Of a stretch of 64,000 bases of DNA, positions 26,333 to 37,929 are shown piece by piece. The notes beneath the pieces are model-generated. The model searched no databases and was not told the DNA's origin. It saw only the letters and a program-made list of their open reading frames with translations. The stretch is taken from assembly GCF_030028105.1 (NCBI RefSeq), contig NC_092381.1, positions 34,761,550-34,825,549 of the forward strand, written 5' to 3'. The translations under genes and the position numbers were made by a program. Position 1 is the first letter of the stretch. Each line of letters opens with the position of its first letter. The DNA is from Mobula birostris. Lineage: Eukaryota.

Positions 26333-26749
26333 GTAGGTGTCTTTCCTCTTTGCCATGCTAACTCTTTTCTAGAACTGTTGCCATTAACAGGCAGATTTCC
26401 AGCAACAGGAAAGGTTTAGATGAGACGAGACCTATCATCAATAATACTGTGTGAGAACCTTCACTAGAGAGGGTCCAAGTATAAAACAGTTCACCATCAT
26501 CTTCTCAGGAACTTTTTTCCATTCACTTTTCAGGATCAGGGTTCTACTAGCTCTATTTCCATTAACTACCCATACCTAGCTACTTCTTGAAGATGGTGGT
26601 GAACTTCTCTGTTATTGTTCAGGTGTAGACATTCCTACTATGCTGGTGTATTTTGGTTCAGCGAAGAAGGAACAGCAAAATAACTTTAGGACAGTGTGCA
26701 ACCTGATGGAAGGTGCAAAGATGATGAGTTCTTGGGTCATTGCACAGCA

Positions 26750-29311
26750 CTCAGTGTTATATCTCAATGCACGGAGTATAAGAAATAAAGTGAATTGTTG
26801 CACTATTACAGATTGTCAGGTATGATGTTGTAGCCATCACTGAATCATGGCTGAAGGATGTTTGTAGTTAGGAGCTGAATGTCCTAGATTACACATTGTA
26901 TGGGAGGGATAGGAAGCTAGGCAGAGGGGGTTTGTTGAATGCCTATGAGATGGCTTTTTAGAGCAGTTTGTTGTTGAGCCTACTCGGGGATCGACTATAC
27001 TGGATTGGGTGTTATGTAATGAACCAGGGGTGATCAGGGAGCTTAAGGTAAAAGAACCCTTAGGAGGCACTGATTACAATATGATTGAGTTCAACTTGAA
27101 ATTTGATGGGGAGAAAGTAAAGTCTGACAAGGCAGTATTTCAGTGGAATAAAGGAAAATACAGTGGTATGAGAGGGGAGTTGGCCGAAGTAAATTGGAAG
27201 GAGATGCTGACAGGGATGACAGCAGAGCAGTATTGGTGTGAGTTTCTGAGAAAAATGATGAAGGTGCAGGATAGATGTATTCCAAAAATGAAAAAATATT
27301 CAAGTAACAAAATAGTACAACTGCGGCTGACAAGGAAAGTCAACATTAATGTAAAAGCAAAAGAGAGGGCATACAACAAAGCAAAAATTAGCAGGAAGAT
27401 GGAGCATTGTGAAGCCTTTAAAAACCTGCAGAAAGCAACTAAAAGAATTATTAGGAGGGAAAAGATGAAATATGAAAGCAAACTGGCAAACAATAGCAAA
27501 TTGGATCATAAAAGATTTTTTCAAGAATGTAAAAACTAAAAGAGATGAGAGTAGATATAAGACCACAGAAAATGAGACTGGAGAAATAATAACGGGGGAC
27601 AAGTAGATGGCAGATGAACTAAATGAGTGTTTTGCATCAGTCTTTACTATGCTAGCAGTGTGCCAGATGATGAAGGGTGTGAGGGAAGAGAAGTGCAGTT
27701 ACTATTACAAGGGAGAAGTTGCTCAAAAAGCTGAAAGACCCAAAGGTACATAAGTCACCCAGACCAGATGAACTGCACCCTAGGATTCTGAAAGAGGTAG
27801 CGGTAGAGATTGTAGAGGCATTCGTAATGATCTTTCAAAAATCATTAGACTCTGATATGATGCCAGAGGACTGGAAAATTGCAAATGTCACACCACTCTA
27901 ACAAAGGAGGAAGGCAGCACAAAGGAAATTATAGACCAGTTAGCCTGACTTAAGTGGTTGGCAAGATGTTGGAGTCAATTGTTAAGAATGAGGTTGTGGA
28001 GTACTTGGTGACTGAAAACAAGATAGGACAAAGTCAGCATGGTTTTCTAAAGGGAAAATCTTGCCTGACAACCTGATGGAATTCTTTGAGGAGATTACAG
28101 GTAGGATAGATAAAGGAGATGCAGTGGATGTTGTATATTTATTCCAAAGGCCTTTGACAAGGTGCCACATGTGGAGCTGCTTGCCAAGTTAAGAGCCCAT
28201 GGTATTACAGGAAAATCACTGGCATGGTTAGATCATTGGCTGATTGGTAGGAGGCAGTGAGTGGGAATAAAAAATTCCTTTTCTGGTCGGCTGCCAGTGA
28301 CTAGTGGTGTTCCCCAGGGGTCAGTGTTGGGACAGCTTTTTATGCTGTATATCAATGATTTAGATGATGGAATAGATGGCTTTGTTGCCAAGTTTGCAGA
28401 TGATATGAAGATTGGTGGAGGGGCAGGTAGTGTTGAGGAAACATAGGCCACAGAAGGACTTGAACAGATTTGGAGAATGGGCAAGAAAATGGCAAATGAA
28501 ATACGATGTTGGAAAATGCATGGTCATGCACTTTGGTAGAAGAAATAAATGTGCAGACTTTTTTCTTAACAGGGAGAAAATCTAAAATCTGAGATGTAAA
28601 GGGACTTGGGAGTCTTTGTGTAGAACACCCTAAAGGTTAACTTGCAGGAAGTGTTGGTGGTGAGGAAGGCAAATGCAATTTTATCATTCATTTCAAGAGG
28701 TCTAGAATACAAGAGCAGGGATGTGATGCTGAGGCTTTACAAGGAAATGGTGAGGCCTCAGCTTGAGTACTGGGAACAGTTTTGGGCTCCTCATCTATGA
28801 AAAGATGTGCTGGCATTGGAGAGGGTTCAGAGGAGGTTCACAAGGGTGATTTCGGGAATGAAAGGGTTATCATGAGGAACGTTTGATGGCTTTAGGCCTT
28901 TACTCACTGGAATTTAGAAGGATGGGGGGGGGGAGAATCTCATTGAAAACTCTCGAATGTTGAAAGGCCTAGACAGGGTAGATGTGGAAAGCATGTTTCC
29001 CCTGGTGGGGGAGTCTAGGATGAGAGGGCACAGCCTCAGGATAGAGGGGCATCCATTTAAGACAGAGATGTGGACAAATTTCTTTCGTCAGAGGGTGGTG
29101 GATTTGTTGAATTTGTTGCCACAGCTGTGGAGGTGGGTGTATTTAAGGCAGAGATTGATAGGTTCTTGATTGGACACGGCATAAAAGGTTGTGGTGAGAA
29201 GGCCTGGGAGTGGAGCTGAGGAGGAGATAAAAGGATCAGCTATGATTAAACTGCAGAGCAGATTCGATGGACCAAATGGCCTAATTCTGCTCCTATGTCT
29301 TATGGTCTTAT
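26750..29311 (+). mobile_element. CR1 LINE ORF2 relic with internal deletion
   Basis: LYLNARSIRNK, PEDWKIANVTPL, GVPQGSVLG, AKFADD motifs; many stops; CR1 tail. Confidence 0.92.
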
Positions 29312-31563
29312 CTTTCTTTGTAGAAGCAGTCAGGTTTGGAAAATGCTGTCAGAATCGCCAATGTGAGATACTGCAGTGTATTTTGTAGACAGTGTACACT
29401 ACATCCACTATGTTCCAATCAAAGCTTGAGTTTTTAATGGGATACCAATCAAGTGGGCTGTTTTGTCTTGAATGGTGCTGAATTTATTAAGTTCTGTGGA
29501 ACTGTACTTATCCAGACAAGGGGAAGGTGTCAGAATCAAAATGATGAAGAGTCTTTGACCTAAAATGGTAATTCTGTTCCTCTTTCCACAATGCTGCCTG
29601 ACCTGCTGAATGTTTCTAGTATTTTCTGTTTGTATTTGAGAGGATGTACTGTTTAAATGACAAAAAAGTACTTTCAAAAGTATATGCTGGAAGAAATCAG
29701 ACTTCTGGAAATTACCAAACCTGCACAAAGTCTAAATGGTGAAATAAAAAACAAGTTTCTGCTCACCTTGGACATGTTGGTGTCCAACATGAGTACTTAA
29801 GACTGAACAGAAACCTGACCAAAGGAATTTTTTTGAAAACAACTGTGACCACTATGGCAAGACCTGCAAGTCTGACATTGGTGTCTAAAGCCTCATATTC
29901 ATTGCCATTTGATCAGAATAGCTTCAATATCTACTGTAACTTGGTAATCACTGGATGCTTAAGGTAATTATCTGATGCACTTTGATATAAAGCTTTGCCT
30001 TACTACTAACTCCTGTGGAAACAATTATTCTATATAAATCAGATTTAAACAGAAATGGATATAAAGAAATGGAATTTAAATGCAGACATTAAGAAAATTG
30101 CCCTTGTATATACTTGTTCACTTGATGTTAATAATGAGGTTCTTTTTATTGAAAATTATTTGTTGCCTTTTTACTAGTTCTGACAAAGGATCAGTGATCT
30201 CTTTCCATAGATGCTGCCTGACAGTCTTTTTTTCTCTAGCATCTTTTCTTGGTTTAGTTGCACATTTTCAGCATCTGCATTTTGTTTTAATTTTTATTCA
30301 AATAAGTTTACCAGATTAGAGGAAACCATTCACAAGTTAACCACAACTATAATGTAAAATCCCCTCCCTTTCAGTAGAACATTCAACAACTGCTTCTCAG
30401 AGGGGGAAAAAAACAACTCTGTTTGAAAACAGCATATCTGTTCTTTAATCTCAAAGGTCCAGGAATATGCTTCTTTTCCCCAAATCTGGATCTAGCTGCC
30501 ACACCATCACAATTACATGTTATACTCCTGCCACAGCAGTAAATCAATCATATAACATTTTAACTGTATTGAGGTATCACCTTTGACTTACTTAGAGTTC
30601 CTTATGGCCCAGCAAAGTTTCATTTGCCTGCAATTTGTGGTCCTCCATATCTGGCCGAAATTTCTAATCATTAACATATCTTCCTGTCTGGAATTCCCTC
30701 CAGTCTCCAGCACCCCCTCAAGTGCGTAGCCCTATAATTTACATTTTAATTATTACTAAGAGCCCCTGAGTTCTCATGTAATTTGTTCTTATCGTCTTTT
30801 GTTGATTCCAGGCCAAAATACTTCTCATGCACTTGTAACTGATTTTAAAATGGGGAGGGGGGAAATCTGTCTTTTGTGTGGGGGGGGAAAAAGCCCAGGT
30901 CAGCTCACTGCATTGCATGTGCAACCAAGCCGACATATCAAACCAGCTAACTCAGTGTTTCCCATTATTACTATGTTAATAGTAGCAGGGCAGGTTGGGC
31001 CATGGGTAAGCTTTTGAAATGGGGAAGAAATGATTCAGGAATCTACCAGAATTCATTCAATATTGGTTATTGTGTGTTTTAAGGCCAGCAGAAAGAGGGG
31101 TTTGTGCTGGCTCTGTTGCAAAGACTATCCTTTCTCCAAACTAAATGAGTTTGCATCTGCTGACTTGATTGCACACCATATTAAAATGGCTACACTCTGT
31201 TTAGAATTCAACTCGAGGAATGTGGTGCCTTGATGTGGTTATTTCCCATCTAGAAATAACTACCCCACAACCAGTTTAATATTGACATCAAAACAAACCC
31301 ATGGTGCTAAGCTAAATTAGTTTTTGGTTGTTATTGCAAAGCTGTCCTAGTTGACATGCATAATTGAATTTTTGTTAGTTCATTAGTATTGAAGGTGGAG
31401 GGTATTTGTGCTTTATGGGTGTAATGTATTCTGTTTGCATTTGCAATAGATTTTTACTTTTTTTCTCTTTAGAGGAGGGAATGGGGACTCCCCTTCCTCT
31501 ATAAGCAATAGTTTATTTTGTAAAATTCTCCTCAACATCAGTATCATTGTTTTTGTTTTGCAG

Positions 31564-31727
31564 GTTTTATCATGGGCAGCAATCTCACCAGACACACATT
31601 TGGCTTCATCCAGAGCAAACTCTTTCCATCCTACTTTCACCTCGGATCTGCCTGTGCTTTCTTTAACTTAATGATCTTTGCAATCCATCATCCCAGTGAG
31701 CAGTTAAATCAAGAGGAGACATTTCAG
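31564..31727 (+). CDS. TMEM205: TMEM205-family protein, second coding exon
   Basis: FIMGSNLTRHTFGFIQSKLFPSYFHLGSACAFFNL... matches RHTFGLVQSKLFP; TTTGCAG / GTACC boundaries. Confidence 0.92.
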
Positions 31728-32656
31728 GTACCATGCACAGTGTTAATCATTGCATAAGAAATTTGGAATGAACTGAAGTAAAGACAGCTAGTAATAGGGA
31801 AAGTGTCGACAGGGACACCTTCTGATCTTGTAGAGATGGTGCTTGCATTCTGTCCTTTTTTCTGAGTTTGAATTGTACATAAAGGCATATAACATCTTTT
31901 ATACAGGCTGTGTAACATTGAACCATATGTGGGTGTTAAAGGATTGAAGCTCATTTTCTTGCACATATGGAAATGATCCTCCCCTGTATGCATTTAACTG
32001 AGATGACCTCGGTCACAGGCAATTGTTTTAACACAACTTGCTGTAGTTACAAAGCTCTCCTGTATCTAATTGTATCACAAAGTCGAGTTGGGATGTTCAA
32101 GTTCAAATTGGAAGATTTCTGTTGAATTTCTTGACCAGAGGTCAGCACGTCATTTATAACTTTTTTTCCCTAGATCTTCTGCAGCATCCTTTTCTGCAGT
32201 TGACTTGAGAGGACTAGGAAAGGATGTACAGGCTGTCATTCTAGCCTAGGTTTTGAGACATTGTCCTTCCTTAAACAATAAGTGGATGGTTTGTTTTTAT
32301 GTTAACTGCAATAATCATAATATGAATTGTTAACTATAATGGCTGTTCACTTGCACAGGTGCTTGTTATATGAACTCAAGCTATGCAGATGCCTGGCACG
32401 TTCTTGGTCTATTTTGAAAAAGATGTAATAACCTAAAAAGTGGATATTAGCTGGCATAGTTAGTTGGAGGTGCTATTTAATTCACCATCCTTGCTAATGT
32501 AACTTTAAGTGAGATGTCTTTGCTAATTTCATGAATTTGTAATGACCATTAACCCACAGTAGAAAATGCCCTTCACTAAATTGACAGCAGTGTAGGAACA
32601 ATCTTGAGTGAGATTTTCAGCAGTGCTGATTCAAAACATTTATGTATTTTTTGCAG

Positions 32657-32959
32657 ATTATAATTTTATTCATTTGTGTTACTTTTGCTGCACTCAATGC
32701 TCAATGGTTTGGGCAGATAACTTCTGAAATCATGACTGACATGCATCTGATTGAAAGGAGCTGTGGACTCGGACAGGATATTGGATTGTCTACCAACAGA
32801 GAGGCCTATAACCAGTTGAAAGAGAGTAAACCCAAATACAAGGAACTTGCAAAGCAACTTGCAATGTATCACAATGCCTCCTCTTTATGTAACCTGTGCT
32901 GTCTCATTTGTAATGGGATAAGTTTGTACTACATAGCAACCAATTTATCCACATTATAA
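32657..32959 (+). CDS. TMEM205: TMEM205-family protein, last coding exon (188 aa total)
   Basis: ...LNAQWF...ERSCGLGQDIG...YNQLKESKPKYK...YHNASSLCNL matches the TMEM205 C-terminus; TAA stop; AATAAA at 32970 and 33675. Confidence 0.92.
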   Translation: MIILFICVTFAALNAQWFGQITSEIMTDMHLIERSCGLGQDIGLSTNREAYNQLKESKPKYKELAKQLAMYHNASSLCNLCCLICNGISLYYIATNLSTL

Positions 32960-35078
32960 AGATGGTAAGAATAAAATAATTGAAATGATGTCATATAAAG
33001 GTTATTTTTGAACCAGAATGTGAGGTGTAAGACACTTCGTATTGTTGCTTGGTGAGCAGTAAACCAAATGCACCTTTTGCACACTTATGGAGTAAGTGTC
33101 AACAGCACCACCTAGAGTAGGTAATCACACAAATTAAAGAAATCGACATTTTTTTATCTCCATATATCTTACTGGTTATAGGACAGTTAGGATTATTTGA
33201 GGTGGTGGAACTTCTGTCCATCTTTATCCTTGCTTGGCTAATACATATTGACTTAATTCTTCCTACTTTCAATTTAATGGGACTAGGCAAGCAGTGATAA
33301 ACCCACTTGGGCCATGCTAGAGAATCCCTTCACTATATGTTAGAACTTTCTCATGAACTGTTATAAGTGTCTATGTACACTGGTGACCAATATATAAAGC
33401 TGGAAACTTTCAAATAGAAAGTTAGACTATTTGATTAGAATAGTTCATATGTAATATGGTACTGGAAGAAACTACAGTGGTCCATCTGGTTAGGCCTTAA
33501 TAAAACATTGTTGGCTATTGACATTGGCATCAGCACTATGTGGTAGCTACAATTTGAAAAGTGTACTGTACAATTATCTATTCCACATGTTCTGCATAGG
33601 TCAACTTGTACAGTTTTTAAATCATTTAAAATTATGTATAATGAATACAATTTACCTGTTTTTCTGTTTATTTGAATAAAAATTCAGTTATAAGGTGTGG
33701 TGCATGGAAAGATTTACTGTTGTACATATTTTACATTGTTTACCCACATGATATAATTTTGATATTGTTTCAGTTACACAAGTGTGGCAGAATGATTATA
33801 CAGCAGGTCTATGAATGAGGTTTATCTTTTTTGGTAACACTGCAAAGGTAGGAGTCAGATTTGGAGGATGGTGCAGCACAAAAATAGGCTTTTCATCCCA
33901 TTTTTGAAGATAAATTCTGCTAGTTGCCTCCTTGCAATTTAAATATTCATCAAACTCACTATTCAATGTCCAGCCAGGTAACCTTACATTAGAACTGTTA
34001 TGACACAATATACTATTATCAAACTTAATGTTAGCATTGCTTTTTTTTTTCTCTCCAGAGGTAATATCTCACCTGAAGCCTATTTCCAGCACCTGCAGTA
34101 AATCACTTTTGTAATAGAACAATGGTAATTACTTTCAATTTATTCCAGGAACTGTATAAAGGGCCCAGATTGAGAAAATACGAAGGATACATTTCCCTTG
34201 ACAGAGGGTTCAAAAGAATAGGAAACAGTTATATGGGATGGGGGAGGAAATGAGGATTTATTTTCCCCACAATTAGAGGAGAGAGTATTTGAAACACTGC
34301 AAAAGATGTTAGAAATAGAAAGCACCCATATTTAATTAATATGTGCAAGGATACTTGCAGGACTACATCCTTGGTGAATAGTTGTCTCCCGAGTCAAATT
34401 CCATAGATACCTGTGTGCAGTAATGAGCACTTAATGAAAAGAAAACTGCAGATACTGAAAATTGCAGCAAACACTCAGCAGGTCAGGTAGTATCTGTGGA
34501 AAGATAAACAATGAGACAATAAACAGAGGGAAGAGGGGAATGAATAGGGCAGAGGGAATATCTCTCATAGGCTAAGGCTACAATTGGCATAGGGAGGAGA
34601 CACTAGTTAATTGGACAGTTAGTGAGAATACACACAACTAAATCTGAAATGCAGAGTTCTAAGTGCTAATGGAGAGTAAAATAAAATTGACCCCTGTCGC
34701 CAAAGATGACATACAGAAGTAGCCAGTTTTGGAACAGACAGAGCAAATTACCTGAAAGTTGTAGAATTTGATTTTGAGTCCTTTTGGCAATAATGTACCC
34801 AGATAAAGAGGTACTGTTCCAGAGGTGTATAGCAGCATCCTATAAATGCAGACCAGACAGTTCAGTGTGGGAATGGGAGATAAATTAAACCAGTTTTTGG
34901 GTGTCCTTGCAGGTGCTCCACACAGTAAACACCCAGTCTGCATTTAATCTCTCCACTGTACAAGAGGACACAGTGAATCACTGCTTCAGCATGAAGGACT
35001 GGTTTAGGACCATTTCTTTATTTTCTGCAAGTAGTCAGTTCCCGTTGCAGACTTGATTTAAATACAAATTTACACAAT

Positions 35079-35175
35079 TTAATTTTGAAGATTTTTCCCT
35101 GATAGAAAGTCTTCACAGAACGATGAACCTCGAGCCAGAATGATAATTTGTGGATTACCAGCCTTCACAACATAT
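35079..35175 (-). CDS. TTC4: TTC4 exon 10 (last coding exon; 391 aa total)
   Basis: YVVKAGNPQIIILARGSSFCEDFLSGKNLQN then TAA; minus-strand AATAAA at 35017-35022. Confidence 0.9.
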
Positions 35176-35664
35176 CTAGAGACAACGGTAGAAGTATGGA
35201 TTAATGCCAAAACCACCATCTTTATCAACATTTTAAATACAGTAAGTCTCAATAGATATTTACGTCTGTCGTATTTAAGAGCCAAGATGCCTGGTGAACT
35301 TTCTTTATACGTGAGGCACAGAAGTAGGATTGGGCCATTTTTGGCCCATCAAGTCTGCTCTACCATTCAATTGTGGCTGATTTATTATCTCTCTCAGACC
35401 CATTTTCCTACCATGAACTTAGCTCGAATAAGCCCTTTTGGCAATAATGTTTGAAGTTTTAAAGCAAAATTCAAAGGGGCCTAAGTCCAACAGACAATGA
35501 TCTAATGCATTACACTACTACCTAGCTCTTTCAGATTTGAAATACACATTTCACAGAATATGCAAATGCTTTAAAGCCGGTAAAAACTATTTCATACAAA
35601 ATTATTTAAGGCAAAAGTGTCAGCAAAGCAGTATATGTGGTTGGAAGATCATCGTTCTACTCAC

Positions 35665-35747
35665 CTGGGATGACTTAACACCTGGCGCAGGGTGCACACT
35701 GAGTCCACCAGGAAAAGATCTCCAGACTGCTCATCTTCAAAATACAG
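35665..35747 (-). CDS. TTC4: TTC4 exon 9
   Basis: LYFEDEQSGDLFLVDSVCTLRQVLSHPR; TAG / GTGAG. Confidence 0.92.
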
Positions 35748-36764
35748 CTATAGCCACAAATATTCCAAGCACATTAAATTAATAACATAACTTCAATTAT
35801 ACATTAATATTATCCCTTCCTTGATTTTACAGTACTGTAAGGAATTAGGTTACAGAACTTACAAACAAGCATTCCTTTCTACAGCCTACAGGTCACTACA
35901 AGCTCATGCATGCCCTGCAGTCTTGGTTCGTGGGAACTTGTGACAGAATTTGAACTCATTTATGTGTAAACATGCATTACCAAAATGGATCATTATTGAC
36001 TCAAAGAACATCCCGAAGTACAAAGACTATTGTGTGCTACCTTTTTCAGAATGTGGTTAGCCTCCAAAAATTGAAATAAAACTGTTTCATTAAAAATGTA
36101 TTACAAGTTTCGTCCTTTAGTTCTGTCAAGTAGCAAAGGATATGAATCTTTTACATTATTTCACTCCAAAATAATTGTATATGAGAATGATACCATCTAC
36201 CTGATATTTTGCTGAAGACATGCATGCCTTATGTACCAATTCATTTCAAAGACAGACAAATATTATGTGATTTTAGCCAAGCAGCATGTATGTATCTACA
36301 AGCTCACATGGTACAGTGGTTTCCTTGGCAGCAAGGATTATGAGAGCCAGTGTTAAAACATAGTTTAGACTTGCAGTTCTTTACTAAATGCATGTTCTGA
36401 GGCTACATTTACAGATATGCAAATCATTTTTGCCCCTTCAACTTGAATTTTTCTTTACTTTCTATCCCACACTGCCTGTTTTAAGACATTTCCTGCTTCA
36501 AACATAATATGGCAACACTGGGAGCTCTGTAGGGGTCTAGAATTCCTGTTATTAAAATTTGCTGATGAAGTGGATTGCAGTTTAATCAGAAGTAAAAGTT
36601 TTCCTTTCTAATTCAGCAATTAAAAGCAAAAATAAATTGATTGCAAGCCACCTAGTGCAAGAAAGTCAAAAGTCCAGACTGGCAATTTTATACAGTCCTA
36701 CTCCAATTAGATCCAGTACTACTCTCTTATCTGGACAAATTACTAAACACTATTTAAGTCATAC

Positions 36765-36849
36765 CTCCAAATTATTTGGCTCATATTTTTTTTCAGTATC
36801 CCAAGGTGGCAAGTTCTCACCAAACATTACCGATAAATGATCAATAAAC
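36765..36849 (-). CDS. TTC4: TTC4 exon 8
   Basis: FIDHLSVMFGENLPPWDTEKKYEPNNLE; TTTTCAG / GTATG. Confidence 0.93.
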
Positions 36850-36875
36850 CTGAAAAGGAATAACTAATGTTAATA

Positions 36876-37680
36876 CAGGTCCACAATCCCTTATCCGAAA
36901 TCCTTGGGGCCAGTTGCATTTCGGAATTCAGAATTTTTTTGGATTTCAGACCACCCCACGCCCGATACCAAAAATCACGTATGCTCAAGTCCCTTATTTA
37001 ACCTGTCTCAGTGCGGTGGACTCTAAAGACNNNNNNNNNNNNNNNNNNNNNNNNNNNNNNNNNNNNNNNNNNNNNNNNNNNNNNNNNNNNNNNNNNNNNN
37101 NNNNNNNNNNNNNNNNNNNNNNNNNNNNNNNNNNNNNNNNNNNNNNNNNNNNNNNNNNNNNNNNNNNNNNNNNNNNNNNAAAAACATTCAATAAAACATA
37201 AAAATATACAGCTTCAAACAAACCGAATCAAACACATGGTAAATGACCTATTGGAATAAATGTAGAACGTCACTATCAAACTTCAGAAACTTGTCTTTGT
37301 TTATTTAAATCACATATAGTGGTAGTTCCGACACTATTTTCTTCAGTAAGACGCCGCACAGACACACCATGATCAAGCTTCTGCAATAACTCCACTTTCT
37401 GCATTATTGATAGAGAAGATTCCTTCTCTTTTTCTCATTGTTACCCATGGGGTAACTGCAGCTTTTTTTGACATTTTCACAGTGAAATTAAACACGAAGT
37501 CAACAGTGAACACAAAATGTCAGCGAACAGCAAATGCACGTGTAACCAGTACGAGCGCTGAGCCACAACTGACGTCTGGTGGCCTCTGCTAGCGCTGCCA
37601 CGTCACACCTGAGTGATGTCAGCTGTTGGCGAGAAAAACTTAGGTTTTCCGAGCTTTTTGGATAAAGGAATGTGCACCTG
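36876..37680. mobile_element. Tigger/pogo-like (MER46-like) non-autonomous DNA transposon spanning the assembly gap
   Basis: TIRs CAGGTCCACAATCCCTTATCC / GGATAAAGGAATGTGCACCTG flanked by TA on both sides. Confidence 0.75.
37031..37179. other. Assembly gap (149 N)
   Basis: Run of N. Confidence 1.
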
Positions 37681-37929
37681 TAATACATTAAGGCATAAAA
37701 ATTCACCCTCAAACTTCACAAAAAGATAATTGTGTGAAGGGTGCCAAATGACATGATCACTCAGTATTCACTGTTGATCCATCTCTTGTGGTCTCAGTTC
37801 ACATTATTTCAAAAATATTTAATGGTTATCAACAACTGCCAGGGATATACTACTTCTAATGTAGCAACACAACCCAAGTCATTCCAATAGAGACAATAAC
37901 CAAGATAAATTGATGTTATGACACAGGAA

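Noticed and set aside
34140-34380. Apparent plus-strand exon after TTCCAG (ELYKGPRLRKY...)
   Set aside because: Another frame resembles a decayed CR1 C-terminus (TFPLTEGSK...); no support as a host exon
36914-37259. ORFs containing X runs
   Set aside because: Artefacts of the N gap
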